DNA of 64,000 nt from positions 96,714-160,713 of IMG/VR virus record IMGVR_UViG_2529292852_000001. One strand, 5' to 3'. This stretch comes from a virus. Taxonomy: Duplodnaviria; Heunggongvirae; Uroviricota; Caudoviricetes. A program made the translations under genes and the position numbers. Under the pieces are notes generated by a model that was not told the origin of the DNA, ran no database searches, and worked only from the letters and a program-made list of their open reading frames with translations. Below, piece after piece: positions 36,847-46,624 of this stretch (position 1 is the stretch's first letter; every line of letters starts with the position of its first letter).

Positions 36847-36901
36847 GCCTTACCACGCTCTCGAAAACGTACGACCAACCCAACTATTGTGGCTGTAAGG
36901 C
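36847..36901 (-). ncRNA. Mini tRNA-like element (copy C)
   Basis: GCCTTAC/GTAAGGC, AGCC/GGTT hairpin, TACG-TTTTCGAGAG-CGTG, then AT. Confidence 0.65.
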
Positions 36902-36942
36902 TAATGTTGACGGAAAGTAGGTTACACGCTAGGACTAACAGC

Positions 36943-37485
36943 TTATCTGTAGTTAGTTCTAACCAGTTTGTTTCTTGTAACAGGCTTGATGGGCTTTTGC
37001 AAAGCCATGTTGTTAGTTGCAAGCATTGACTGCAACACCTTGTGGCGATACTTAGGTACAGTGTCTTTTAAAACAGTTTGTTTGTAAGTTAGAACCGTTC
37101 CTTCTGGGTGCTTTTTGTCAGCTTTTTTATCGCTTTCGTCTAGCTTGATACTATCTTTTGCAACAACTTTGGTTCCAGCGTTAGTATTTAGGAAATAATA
37201 AGCTTTCCCCTTGTAGTTTTTGATACGATAATCTTCAACTTTATAAGAAACAGTTTTAACTGAATGACTAAAGTCCCAGTTAATCTTTAGGCTAATCATC
37301 GCCACAGCCAAAGGCAAAAGTACTAGTGCTATCAAGTACTTTTGAGTTTTGACTACTGACTTATTTGTGAAACCGATAATGTACAAGCTTGGTATGACAC
37401 AAGCTAAAATACCAATCAGAGTTAGCGCTAACCAATGTTCCACGATTAGATAAATAAGCTTGTCAAAAAGTAGATATAATGCCAT
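36943..37485 (-). CDS. Membrane-anchored hypothetical protein
   Basis: N-terminal TM segments and a basic C-terminal domain similar to 43283..43702 and 43712..44146. Confidence 0.75.
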   Translation of the reverse strand: MALYLLFDKLIYLIVEHWLALTLIGILACVIPSLYIIGFTNKSVVKTQKYLIALVLLPLAVAMISLKINWDFSHSVKTVSYKVEDYRIKNYKGKAYYFLNTNAGTKVVAKDSIKLDESDKKADKKHPEGTVLTYKQTVLKDTVPKYRHKVLQSMLATNNMALQKPIKPVTRNKLVRTNYR

Positions 37486-37672
37486 GGTGTAACCTCCTTC
37501 CTAAAGTAAGTATTAATGGTTTTGGCTTGGTTAAGCCTATGACTTAGTACCCTTCGACAAGTGCTAAGCCTAACGTTTGTTTGAGATCCTGATTTTTACA
37601 CGGCATAAAGTTGTGAATGTATACCGTCCAAACGTTAGCAGTTTTATGACTTGCTAAGGTCAAGTATTGTTG

Positions 37673-37882
37673 TTACTTGTTTTCTTCTAACTCAGATAAA
37701 GCTTTGTTGAGCTTAGTATCTGTTGTTTGTATGAAATCTAGCAACTCACCAAAAGCATCGGCTAGTTTCTTTTCGTTATCTTCTGCTCTCATCGCTAAAT
37801 TCATACTCTTACCTTCAATTGCATTGAATGCTGCTGCAACCAAGTCACGTTGTTTAGTTAATTTTTCAGTTTCATTCAACAT
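37673..37882 (-). CDS. Hypothetical coiled-coil protein
   Basis: 69-aa ORF overlapping the upstream gene. Confidence 0.65.
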   Translation of the reverse strand: MLNETEKLTKQRDLVAAAFNAIEGKSMNLAMRAEDNEKKLADAFGELLDFIQTTDTKLNKALSELEENK

Positions 37883-38135
37883 TAATCCTTCTTTCTGAGT
37901 TTTCTTTTCCCATTCCCAGTGCTAATGCCATGAAGATTAGTTTGTCTGCGTTACACATATCATCGAAAAGTTTATACAAGATATAAGGTGTACTTTCGTT
38001 TTTACCTTGAATCGAAGTTCCTATTAAACCATCGTTTCCTAAAGCTACAAGCACTTCGTCATAACCTTGACTTTGCAAAAGTTCTGCAATAGCTCTAGCG
38101 TTTCTCAAATTTCTGTTCATGCTTGTTTCGTCCAC
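37872..38135 (-). CDS. Hypothetical phage-like protein
   Basis: 87-aa ORF behind a TTGCTT-N17-TATAAT promoter near 38209-38237. Confidence 0.7.
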   Translation of the reverse strand: MDETSMNRNLRNARAIAELLQSQGYDEVLVALGNDGLIGTSIQGKNESTPYILYKLFDDMCNADKLIFMALALGMGKENSERRINVE

Positions 38136-38269
38136 CTTTCACTTGTTGTTTAAGAAATCCAATATACAACACTTTGAATGTAAGTTTCTCAATTAATTCA
38201 TAAGTTTATTATATCCTGTTTCCAACATTTAAGCAATTCTTTTTATTAACTTTTTCAAATTGAATTATT

Positions 38270-38833
38270 TTAATTCTTGATCTTACCGATAAAATAAACG
38301 TTAGTTGTACCTATCTGTATGGCTTTCTCAACATTGCGAAAAGGCAAATCTCCTCGCTTGTACTTAGAGATAATAACTTTTCCATCGAAAGTATATGTGT
38401 GGTAGCCTTCAAACATCAGCCAAAAGTTGTAATAACCTACGTTGTTTCTGACAGCATAAACCGACATTATTAACATTATGATCAGGTTCATGACAACAGT
38501 TGGATTAGACTCTGGTTTTAGCGTTAGTACAGGTATAGCACACATCAGCAAGAAGTTAGTTATTCCTGGACTTTCCAACTTCCAATTGGAGATGTCGATC
38601 GGATCTTTGCTACGATTTTTAAAATCGACTTCTGCAGAACTCAGCCACCAATCGCTTGCAGTAGATGAAAGTATCGTGATTACAACAAGTGTAATCCATA
38701 ACCCTGGATTAACACTTAGCAAAGCCTTAACGCTACCCTTAGAAAAATCGTGCAAGTTAGCTAAGAAAACCAGGATAAATACAGGCACGTACGAAGACCA
38801 AAATAACAAGATTTTGAAGATTTTTGATAGCAT
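38270..38833 (-). CDS. KwaA-like (Kiwa) membrane protein, no KwaB nearby
   Basis: SSYVPVFILV, NFLL..IPVL and NNVGYYNFWL..GYHTY with four TM segments match the KwaA pattern as recalled. Confidence 0.55.
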   Translation of the reverse strand: MLSKIFKILLFWSSYVPVFILVFLANLHDFSKGSVKALLSVNPGLWITLVVITILSSTASDWWLSSAEVDFKNRSKDPIDISNWKLESPGITNFLLMCAIPVLTLKPESNPTVVMNLIIMLIMSVYAVRNNVGYYNFWLMFEGYHTYTFDGKVIISKYKRGDLPFRNVEKAIQIGTTNVYFIGKIKN

Positions 38834-38861
38834 CGCCTAACCCCTTTTCTAACCTAGATTT

Positions 38862-39338
38862 TTATTTGTCATTTATAAAAACACTCCATCTCGTTTTACT
38901 TCGTTTATCGCCTAGAATTGGCTTTTGTTCAAACACTGCAAACACATCTTTAATTTTGATTTGATCTTCGTTCCATTTGAACAATAACACACCGCTAGGC
39001 TTAAGTACTCTCATACATTCGTCAAAACCTTGTTTTAAATCTTGCTGCCAAGTGTCTTTGTTTAACTTTCCATACTTTTTGACTAACCAAGAGTTAGCTC
39101 CAGCGTGAATCAAATGTGGTGGATCAAATACCACTAAGTCAAAGCTATCATCAGCAAATGGTATATCTCTAAAATCAGCGACTAGGTCTGGGTTGATCTT
39201 TACTTCTCGCACAGCATCTCGATCGGTATAAGCCAACACTTCATCACGAATATCCATATAAGTGGTGTTAGGCTCGTGCTTGTCGTACCAAAACATTTTT
39301 GAACCACAGCACACGTCTAGTATTTTCATTGGCATCAC
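38862..39338 (-). CDS. Phage-type SAM-dependent (DNA amino-) methyltransferase
   Basis: ILDVCCGSKMFW, FDLVVFDPPHL and RVLKPSGVLLFKWNE. Confidence 0.88.
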   Translation of the reverse strand: MMPMKILDVCCGSKMFWYDKHEPNTTYMDIRDEVLAYTDRDAVREVKINPDLVADFRDIPFADDSFDLVVFDPPHLIHAGANSWLVKKYGKLNKDTWQQDLKQGFDECMRVLKPSGVLLFKWNEDQIKIKDVFAVFEQKPILGDKRSKTRWSVFINDK

Positions 39339-39856
39339 CTGTCTTTGCTTGGTTTAAAAATAACTTCACTTCCATCTTCAGTTAGATAAGCATATATTTG
39401 GTAGCCTTTAAGGTACTCAAGCACAGCTTCATCTAACACGAAATAAACATCTGTAAATTTCTCTTTAACAATGTTTTCGCTATCGCTAATGCCTTTTTTA
39501 GATTGGTTTATAATTTTTAAAACAATACCATTCACCATTGAACCTATTCCAAAATTTTTAGTTGCTATATCGTGTGCATTTTCTGCTGTTATAACACCAA
39601 TGCCACCGCTAGTTTTACATTCTTTACTGCTTAATTGAGGATATGTATAAGCCACTAAGAATGTTTGTGTATCGTTAGTTGCACCAGCTGATACGCTGAC
39701 TCCATAGCCTAATTTCTCTAACATGTTCTTTACAGCATTAGCATACTTGGTAGGTACTGCAATCTTAGTACTATTCATGCCTATTTTAGCTGCTGATAAG
39801 ATTTTGTTTTTTACATACGTAACCGTTAGCAAATCAATTTCTTCTACATTCATCAT
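39335..39856 (-). CDS. Hypothetical protein, paralog of 51593..52066
   Basis: Shared A..G....KxA..LxxLGY and I.(V/I)(I/L)TAxxA motifs. Confidence 0.75.
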   Translation of the reverse strand: MMNVEEIDLLTVTYVKNKILSAAKIGMNSTKIAVPTKYANAVKNMLEKLGYGVSVSAGATNDTQTFLVAYTYPQLSSKECKTSGGIGVITAENAHDIATKNFGIGSMVNGIVLKIINQSKKGISDSENIVKEKFTDVYFVLDEAVLEYLKGYQIYAYLTEDGSEVIFKPSKDR

Positions 39857-40185
39857 ATTCCATACACCGCCTCGGTTAAATGTCTACCAATAATTCTTAT
39901 AATTCTTCCAATAGTTTCAATATTCTCTAAGTCAACAGCCCCACTTTCATCTGTTTCAAATTCAAACCAGTTTCTTACATAGTCGATTTTATTGATATAG
40001 ATATGGCTAGACTTATAGTAGATTTTGACCTCAGATACCAACGTTTCTACGAACTGTTCATCACGTCCATACTTAAAACCATGGTTATCCAATACAACGA
40101 CTTCTAAGCCACTGAATCTATCACCAAAATTCAGAGGAAACAGAGTCCTTAGTTCATTCATCATATTCTTCATGTTTTCATTCAC
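39853..40185 (-). CDS. Hypothetical protein
   Basis: 110 aa, coupled ORF. Confidence 0.7.
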   Translation of the reverse strand: MNENMKNMMNELRTLFPLNFGDRFSGLEVVVLDNHGFKYGRDEQFVETLVSEVKIYYKSSHIYINKIDYVRNWFEFETDESGAVDLENIETIGRIIRIIGRHLTEAVYGI

Positions 40186-40450
40186 GATCCAATTGCTCCT
40201 TTACAAGCTCTCTTTCATCTTTGCTCAGCCTATCGTATAATCGTACAATCAGCTTACTGGCTAATCTATTATCAAATATGCCACCGTTATTTAGTAACCC
40301 TAAAATTAAGGCAAACTTTTCTCTTTCTTCCAAGCCTCTGATAGTCCCTACTAATTCTGTTTCATTATCTACTAAGACAACGAACTTCTTACACCCAGCC
40401 TGATTAATAGTTTTAATAACTTTGTTTGATAACTCTTTTGCTTGATACAT
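40178..40450 (-). CDS. Hypothetical protein
   Basis: 90 aa, coupled ORF. Confidence 0.7.
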   Translation of the reverse strand: MYQAKELSNKVIKTINQAGCKKFVVLVDNETELVGTIRGLEEREKFALILGLLNNGGIFDNRLASKLIVRLYDRLSKDERELVKEQLDRE

Positions 40451-40715
40451 ATAATCACCACCTAATCTCTAATCAATAATAAGTATTCTTATTCCCCATA
40501 ATTTAATTACACCTACGCATCAACATACTCGAAAACAGTCATTATCCTTGGTTGTTTAGCATGTTCAAACATATTGCTAAAAACATTAAATTGATATTCA
40601 GATGAACTACGCACCGACTAGAAGTCGGTGGTTTCTAGGAACATCGTGTAGTGTTTAGCGTGTTACATTGGTATACCAAAGAGCTAACTCACAGAACACG
40701 ACTATTTTACTATGG

Positions 40716-41927
40716 CTAGTCCTTAACCAACTGGATATTAGTTTGTTTTAAACCACGATTTAAGATATTTTTAGCTGCATTAATATCACGATCGTGGTTT
40801 TTATGGCAATAAGGACACGTCCAGTTACGTATGTTTAACCATTGATTTTGAGTTAAGTTATCAAAGTTATGGTTTTTCTTGCCACAATTAGAACAGATAC
40901 GGCTAGTGTTTTTTGGATCAACTACAATTAATTGTTTACCGTACCAGTTACATTTGTAAGCTAACATTGTTTTAAACATATACCACGCATTAGATGAAAT
41001 AGCGTTAGCTAGATTATGATTTTTCATCATGTTCTTAGATTTTAGGTTTTCTAAGACAATCACATCGTAATTCTTAACTAACTCAGTTGTGATCTTATGT
41101 AAGATATCTTTTCTTTGGTTAGCGATTTTAGCTTGATAAACAGCCTTATTTTTTCTAGCTTTTTGCCAGTTAGAAAAATCTTGTACATCAAGGTCATATA
41201 AGCGATGCTTATCATGGTTATGCGACTCAACAATGTTAGTTACACCGTGAAGTCTACGATTGTATTTACTTTGCCACTTTCGAGCTTTCTTTTCTAATTG
41301 CTTGAATTGTAATTTATCGTACTTAATCCCATCAGAAGTAATCGCTAAATCATGTACCCCTAAGTCAATACCAACTACTTTGCCTGTTGGTTTGAGTTCT
41401 TGGTTTTCAAACTCAACTTGCAGGCTAAGATAGTATTTACCTGTGGGTTCTTTTTGGACAGTATAGCGTTTTACTTTGCAATTCTTTAACGACTCAGTAG
41501 AACTGGTTTTAACATAACCTAATTTAGGCAATCTAACATATCTTTTAGCAGCTACTTTAACATTAGATTTGCCAGTATAAGACTGTTTTGCTGCTTTACG
41601 GCTATGAAAACGTGGTTTACCAAACTTGTGTGTTTTGTCATTAAAGAAGTTTTTCCATGCTTGATAAAGGTTTTGAGTTACGACCTGTAAGGACGTACTA
41701 TCACTATCTTTTAAGAATGGATATTCTGCTTTTAAAGGTACTAAAAGATAGTCCATTTGCCTATTAGTTGGTACTTTGAAAGATGGATTGTTTTTATATC
41801 TTTGGTTGATACCAGCTAATAATATGTTCCATAAAAAGCGATCATTACCAAACATGATTATTAATTGTTGTTCCTGTTTTCTAGTGGGATAAAGCCTTAA
41901 TTTCATTCCTTTAAGCATAAAATTCAC
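40716..41927 (-). CDS. tnpB: RNA-guided endonuclease TnpB
   Basis: GIDLG, VLENL and DRDINAA RuvC motifs; Zn finger present. Confidence 0.95.
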   Translation of the reverse strand: MNFMLKGMKLRLYPTRKQEQQLIIMFGNDRFLWNILLAGINQRYKNNPSFKVPTNRQMDYLLVPLKAEYPFLKDSDSTSLQVVTQNLYQAWKNFFNDKTHKFGKPRFHSRKAAKQSYTGKSNVKVAAKRYVRLPKLGYVKTSSTESLKNCKVKRYTVQKEPTGKYYLSLQVEFENQELKPTGKVVGIDLGVHDLAITSDGIKYDKLQFKQLEKKARKWQSKYNRRLHGVTNIVESHNHDKHRLYDLDVQDFSNWQKARKNKAVYQAKIANQRKDILHKITTELVKNYDVIVLENLKSKNMMKNHNLANAISSNAWYMFKTMLAYKCNWYGKQLIVVDPKNTSRICSNCGKKNHNFDNLTQNQWLNIRNWTCPYCHKNHDRDINAAKNILNRGLKQTNIQLVKD

Positions 41928-42011
41928 CTCCTTTAGCTTACTTTAAGTATACCATATGTTATAATTAAAGCGTTAAAATATATTATAAAATAAATAAAAG
42001 GTGGTATACAT

Positions 42012-42428
42012 ATGTTAGTAAAAGAAAGAACCAGTGTTTATGATTTTAGTTTTCATTTGGTCTTTGTTACCAAATATCGAAAAGAGATTTTTACCACTGA
42101 TGAAATGCGAACTGACATGAAAAATATCCTGTTAGACATCGCTAAAAATAACGATGTTGAAGTTAATAGCTTAGAAGTAACTCCAGATCATGTTCATATG
42201 TTAATTTCTTTTAAACCAAAATACGCTGCCTCCAGCATTGTTAAAGCTCTAAAAGGTGCAAGTGCTAGAGCCTGGTTTAAACAATATCCAGCTACTAAAA
42301 AGCTGTTATGGAAGGGCCATTTATGGTCGCCTAGTTTCTTTATGTCTACTGTTGGTAACGTGTCAGAAAAGATTGTTAAAAAGTACATTGAAGACCAAAT
42401 GAAAAAGTCAACGCAAAAGTCGCACTAA
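42012..42428 (+). CDS. tnpA: IS200/IS605 Y1 transposase
   Basis: FHLVFVTKYR, DHVHML and KYIEDQ. Confidence 0.95.
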   Translation: MLVKERTSVYDFSFHLVFVTKYRKEIFTTDEMRTDMKNILLDIAKNNDVEVNSLEVTPDHVHMLISFKPKYAASSIVKALKGASARAWFKQYPATKKLLWKGHLWSPSFFMSTVGNVSEKIVKKYIEDQMKKSTQKSH

Positions 42429-42678
42429 GAACGTGTGGCTTAATCAGACAATTCAACCCACGACTGAAGTCGTGGGCTTTCTTGTCTTGCCACACTATGT
42501 AAATTGACTACCATCAAAATAACTATTGCCTTGATGTTTAAAAGTGATTGGCTAGTCAATCGTGTATGTATTTCAATGATTATAAGTTGAATAGCAAAAA
42601 ATAAAGCATCGCCTGTTGCCAAAATATTGTTAAGTCTATTTTTAGCCTCCATGGAATATATCAATTTTTTCATGGCAT

Positions 42679-42876
42679 CTACTCCTCTTCATGTTTAGCA
42701 ATCTTCCAATTGTAGGGTAAATCATAACTCTTAATAATTATGAACACATCGCTCACATCTAGCCCCATCTCTTCTGCTAAATCTTGCATCAGATAGTCTG
42801 GGTGCTTGACGCAAAGTTCTTTTAGTCTATCGATTCTTTGTTTGGAATATTTGTCTGCCCTTGACATTATTATCAC
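42679..42876 (-). CDS. Small HTH-like protein
   Basis: MQDLAEEMGLDVSDV resembles a helix-turn-helix. Confidence 0.5.
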   Translation of the reverse strand: MIIMSRADKYSKQRIDRLKELCVKHPDYLMQDLAEEMGLDVSDVFIIIKSYDLPYNWKIAKHEEE

Positions 42877-42929
42877 ACCTTTCTTCTATAATTAATCGAA
42901 GTGTAATTTAGACTATTCTTACACTTCGA

Positions 42930-43133
42930 TTAACAATGTTCTTCCTTATCAAAAATTCTAAATTCAACTTCCAGTTTAGCTATTGTTTCAAAAAACATTG
43001 CTACATTCTCTACAATCCATAGTTCAAACAATGCTAGATCAAAGAAATAAAATAACCCCATAAGAAATGTAGCTGCGTTTGCTAAAAGCGTTACGATTAA
43101 TGCTGTAGTCAGTGCTTTACCTAAAAGTTCCAT
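42930..43133 (-). CDS. Small membrane protein
   Basis: Hydrophobic 67-aa ORF with RBS. Confidence 0.6.
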   Translation of the reverse strand: MELLGKALTTALIVTLLANAATFLMGLFYFFDLALFELWIVENVAMFFETIAKLEVEFRIFDKEEHC

Positions 43134-43154
43134 AACAAATCTCCCCTTTGCCGT

Positions 43155-43268
43155 TTACTTAGCTGTTGTTTTAGCTTGTTCTGTTTGCTTTTCTTCTAGC
43201 TTTTTCTTGATACGTCTTTGCTTCTTTTTGACGTATGATCGTTTGTGTTTCTTAGCTTTCTTGCCCAT
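43155..43268 (-). CDS. 37-aa highly basic peptide (not in the ORF track)
   Basis: MGKKAKKHKRSYVKKKQRRIKKKLEEKQTEQAKTTAK*; fills the gap between two operon genes. Confidence 0.55.
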   Translation of the reverse strand: MGKKAKKHKRSYVKKKQRRIKKKLEEKQTEQAKTTAK

Positions 43269-43282
43269 TATCTCAGTTCTTT

Positions 43283-43702
43283 CTATTTGTCGTATTTGTA
43301 TTTAGTTATAATCAATTCATTTGTTGGCTGCTCTAACATAAATCTAACGTAGCTTGGAAGCTTATACTTAGGTTTAACTTGCTTTAGAACCATTCTAGTT
43401 GATCCGTATGGGTGCTTTTTACTTGGAAATTCTTTTTTGTGTGTAACGCTAGTCCTAAACCAATCTTCTGATACGGTTATGACTTTGCCTTTGTTTGTTA
43501 GAAATTTATAGAAATTGGGATCATGTGCTGAATCAGCTTCGATATAATTGTAGTGCTTAATAGGAATATACTTAGTATCATAATAACGACTAGCGTTATG
43601 CTTAGCGTAGTGTTGGAAACAAACTAAACTTACAGAAAACAGGAAGCCTGCCGTTACCAAACTGCCAAACGCTATCTTGACTACTTTCCACATTATCCTC
43701 AC
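43283..43702 (-). CDS. Membrane-anchored hypothetical protein
   Basis: One N-terminal TM; tandem paralog of 43712..44146 (shared ELI(I/V)T.YKYD ending). Confidence 0.75.
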   Translation of the reverse strand: MRIMWKVVKIAFGSLVTAGFLFSVSLVCFQHYAKHNASRYYDTKYIPIKHYNYIEADSAHDPNFYKFLTNKGKVITVSEDWFRTSVTHKKEFPSKKHPYGSTRMVLKQVKPKYKLPSYVRFMLEQPTNELIITKYKYDK

Positions 43703-43711
43703 TTCCTTGTC

Positions 43712-44146
43712 TTAATAGTCATACTTATATGTTGTTACAATCAATTCTGACGGTGGATTATACATCAGAAATAACCTTTGCCAAAAATGTTGGTTACTTT
43801 TGGTTTTTCTAAGTTCTACCGACTTAGTACCGTCTTTGTGCTTACTGTTAGGCAACTTGTTTTCATGAACCACTCTAGCTATAAGAGTTAGAGTCTTTCC
43901 ATCTTTCGTTTTGATATTGTACTTATCAGCTAAAATTCCTCTATCTTCTACCATGGTGTAATGCTTGACCTCAACTAATTTTGGCTCGTAGTACCTACTA
44001 TCAGCTGGTATTACACCTAAAATTTGAGTCATTGGAGCGATGAGAAACAAGCTAATTGTAACTACGAAAAATAGTAAGTCAAAAAACTTGTCCCATAGTT
44101 TGTCTGAAAGCATTCCTACACACTTCTCCCATATCTTTTCTTCCAA
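43712..44146 (-). CDS. Membrane-anchored hypothetical protein
   Basis: One TM; paralog of 43283..43702. Confidence 0.75.
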   Translation of the reverse strand: MEEKIWEKCVGMLSDKLWDKFFDLLFFVVTISLFLIAPMTQILGVIPADSRYYEPKLVEVKHYTMVEDRGILADKYNIKTKDGKTLTLIARVVHENKLPNSKHKDGTKSVELRKTKSNQHFWQRLFLMYNPPSELIVTTYKYDY

Positions 44147-44616
44147 GCATTATACGTATAGTATTTCTTACCGTTGATTAATTTGTGTAACCTAACAGCT
44201 TCACTAATTAAATAAGTTGACTTGCCTGTTTCCATTTGCAAACGTCCATACAACTTGTTTTTATTATGGTAGACCTTATATGTTTCTGTCATTTGATCTA
44301 CTTCATAGATACGTGATTTTCTTTCGTAATATCTATCAATAACTTCTCTTAGTCCTAATTTTTCAGTACGGTAATAGTTATAGGTGATTCCAGCCTTAGC
44401 AAAAGCAGGGGCTGGTGCTACGTCATCTTCAATTAAACGTCTAATCTTGTCGATAATTTCAGGTGTAACTTCAACAGTTTGGTACTTTTCATTTCTTGCA
44501 TTAAGAATTACCTGTCTGTCTTTTTCAAGATATGGAGGCACTCCTGAAATATCATTGTCCCACTCTAAAATTGGTTTCCAAGTTTCTAACCGTATTACGC
44601 TTTCTGTCACACTCAT
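44116..44616 (-). CDS. Hypothetical protein, paralog of 47469..48020
   Basis: Shared RLE.WKPI.EWD.DISGVPPYLE.DRQ.ILNAR. Confidence 0.8.
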   Translation of the reverse strand: MSVTESVIRLETWKPILEWDNDISGVPPYLEKDRQVILNARNEKYQTVEVTPEIIDKIRRLIEDDVAPAPAFAKAGITYNYYRTEKLGLREVIDRYYERKSRIYEVDQMTETYKVYHNKNKLYGRLQMETGKSTYLISEAVRLHKLINGKKYYTYNAWKKRYGRSV

Positions 44617-44648
44617 TGCTACACCTTCTTTCCAAATCTTGTATTACC

Positions 44649-44903
44649 TTATCTTGGTTGAGTTTCATAAGCATATAAATCAAGCTTATATTCAGAGTAT
44701 CTGCCAAAACCGAATTTACTTTTGTCTGGCAGTAATCTTCCAGTTTGATCTAACTGTTTAAACAGCTTTTTAGTAACTTTAAAATGCGTTGCTTTAGCTT
44801 GAAGATACTTGATAGCTTTACGCTTTGAATAAAATGTTTTTTGTTTATTTAATTTAACGTCCTTACTTAGTTCGTAAGGATTGATAATCTCTTGTTTTTG
44901 CAT
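44649..44903 (-). CDS. Hypothetical basic protein
   Basis: 84-aa ORF. Confidence 0.65.
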   Translation of the reverse strand: MQKQEIINPYELSKDVKLNKQKTFYSKRKAIKYLQAKATHFKVTKKLFKQLDQTGRLLPDKSKFGFGRYSEYKLDLYAYETQPR

Positions 44904-45169
44904 ATTTTACGCTCCTTTTTTTTACAACTCTAGTGTTTCTCTAATCGTAACCTTTAGGTGAACACTACCGTCAGCTAATGCTTTACGTGTCATCTCTTTA
45001 TCAAAATTTAGCATGAATTTAGAGCCATCTTTTTCTAAGATAAAATGCTCAGTTACATCTTTGCCTTCTTGTTTGACTTCCACTAGTTCTACAGCTGTTA
45101 CGTTGTTAGAAATACTGTTGCCCACAGCGTATCTGGTAACCTTTTTAGCTTCGTTAGGATCTAGTTTAG

Positions 45170-46557
45170 ATGAACTACACACCGATTAAAATCGGTGGTT
45201 TCTGGGAACTCTAGGTAGTATTTAGAACTAAGTCTAACTTACAGAACCTAGATATATTACCATGGTACGTCCCATACCGTTTTGCTTATTTAAGCTACTT
45301 GCTTTAATCCTTTAGCTAAGATGTTTCTAGCAGCATTAATATCTCTATCGTGATGTGTACCACAATTATCGCAAGTCCACTCACGAACATCTAATGACTT
45401 CTTACCTGTATTTACACCACAATTAGAACATACTTGTGAAGTGTAATTAGGATTAACTATAATTAGTTGTTTCCCATACCAATTACATTTATATTCCAAC
45501 ATAAAACGGAATAGGTACCACGAACCATTAGCGATTGCCTTTGCTAGTTTATGATTTTTCATCATATTCTTAGCCCTTAAATCTTCAATAACGATAGTGT
45601 CGTATTGTTTAACCAACATTGTAGTTAGTTTATGCAAGTAATCTTTACGTGTATTAGCTATTTTAGCTTGCAATCTAGCTTTGTTCCTTTGAGCTTTTTG
45701 TAGATTCTTAAAATCATTAAAATCTCTAGGGACTAATACTTTAGAGTATTTGTCACTTTCAATACAAACTTTAGCTTGATGTCTACGCTTAGAAAACTTA
45801 CGTTGCCACAAGTTAGCTTTTCGTTCTAAATCTTCAACATGAAATGTATCATATTTTATTCCATCGGAAGAAATAGCTAAATCTGCTATACCTAAATCTA
45901 ACCCAACTGCTTTATTTGTCTTCAGTAACAATGTTTGATTTTCGCATTCTACCTGTAAAGATAAATGATAACGACCAGTTGTATCATAACTTAGGGTATA
46001 GCGTTTAATTCTACAATCGGTGAGTTGTGATGTTTTGCTAGTTTTGATGAATCCTAGCTTAGGTAATTTCATATATCTTTTAGCCACGATATGAATAGTA
46101 GATTTTCCTGTATATGATTGCTTATAGAATTTTTTAGACTTAAATCTAGGCTTACCAAAACCAGATTTAAAGAAGGTCTTCCACGCTTGATATAGGTTTT
46201 GACAATCTACTTGTAAGGCAGAACTATCACTTTCTTTTAAGAAAGGATATTCAACTTTTAATGGCTTTAACAACCTATGCAACCTATATTCAGTCAACAT
46301 AGGTAAATCTTTGTTGTTTTGATAACGTTCATTCATCATAGCTAACATATTATTCCAAATGAAACGACTATTCCCAAACATAATATCCAATTGTTCACGT
46401 TGTTTCTTATTTGGATAGATACGTAATTTCAGACCTTTTAACATCTAACTCACCTCACTATCATCTCACAAAATTAATATAATAAATTTATCTTCTATAT
46501 TATATTTTTTGGTTTGAATCCCACGACTAAAGTCGTAGGCTTTCCGTCCTATTTGTA
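45170..46557 (-). mobile_element. IS1341-type tnpB-only element (IS-E) with both ends, inserted at TTTAC^CT
   Basis: Left-end hairpin CCTACGACT/AGTCGTGG after TTTAC; right end CACCGATT/AATCGGTG followed by TAGTTCAT. Confidence 0.9.
45290..46444 (-). CDS. tnpB: RNA-guided endonuclease TnpB
   Basis: GLDLG, VIEDL and DRDINAA; Zn finger present. Confidence 0.95.
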   Translation of the reverse strand: MLKGLKLRIYPNKKQREQLDIMFGNSRFIWNNMLAMMNERYQNNKDLPMLTEYRLHRLLKPLKVEYPFLKESDSSALQVDCQNLYQAWKTFFKSGFGKPRFKSKKFYKQSYTGKSTIHIVAKRYMKLPKLGFIKTSKTSQLTDCRIKRYTLSYDTTGRYHLSLQVECENQTLLLKTNKAVGLDLGIADLAISSDGIKYDTFHVEDLERKANLWQRKFSKRRHQAKVCIESDKYSKVLVPRDFNDFKNLQKAQRNKARLQAKIANTRKDYLHKLTTMLVKQYDTIVIEDLRAKNMMKNHKLAKAIANGSWYLFRFMLEYKCNWYGKQLIIVNPNYTSQVCSNCGVNTGKKSLDVREWTCDNCGTHHDRDINAARNILAKGLKQVA

Positions 46558-46624
46558 GTAAATCCATGCTAAGGTAGTATGTGGCTGTGTTTACATTGTC
46601 TGCCATGATTTTTTCCTTCTTTTT

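Larger units (their letters stand above)
40602..42498 (-). mobile_element. IS605-type element (IS-D), divergent tnpA/tnpB, inserted at TTTAC^CT
   Basis: Left-end hairpin CCCACGACT/AGTCGTGGG after TTTAC; right-end hairpin CACCGACT/AGTCGGTG followed by TAGTTCAT. Confidence 0.9.
40513..42673 (-). pseudogene. 87-aa gene interrupted by IS-D
   Basis: 42499-42673 plus 40513-40601 rejoin as ..VNL-P-EYQFN.. in frame. Confidence 0.75.
44922..46606 (-). pseudogene. 98-aa gene interrupted by IS-E
   Basis: 46558-46606 (MADNVNTATYYLSMDL) plus 44922-45169 rejoin as ..DL-P-KLDPNE.. in frame. Confidence 0.8.

Noticed and set aside
36696-37022. ORFs 36696..36920 (+) and 36810..37022 (-)
   Set aside because: They overlap the covarying RNA elements, have no SD and have atypical composition.
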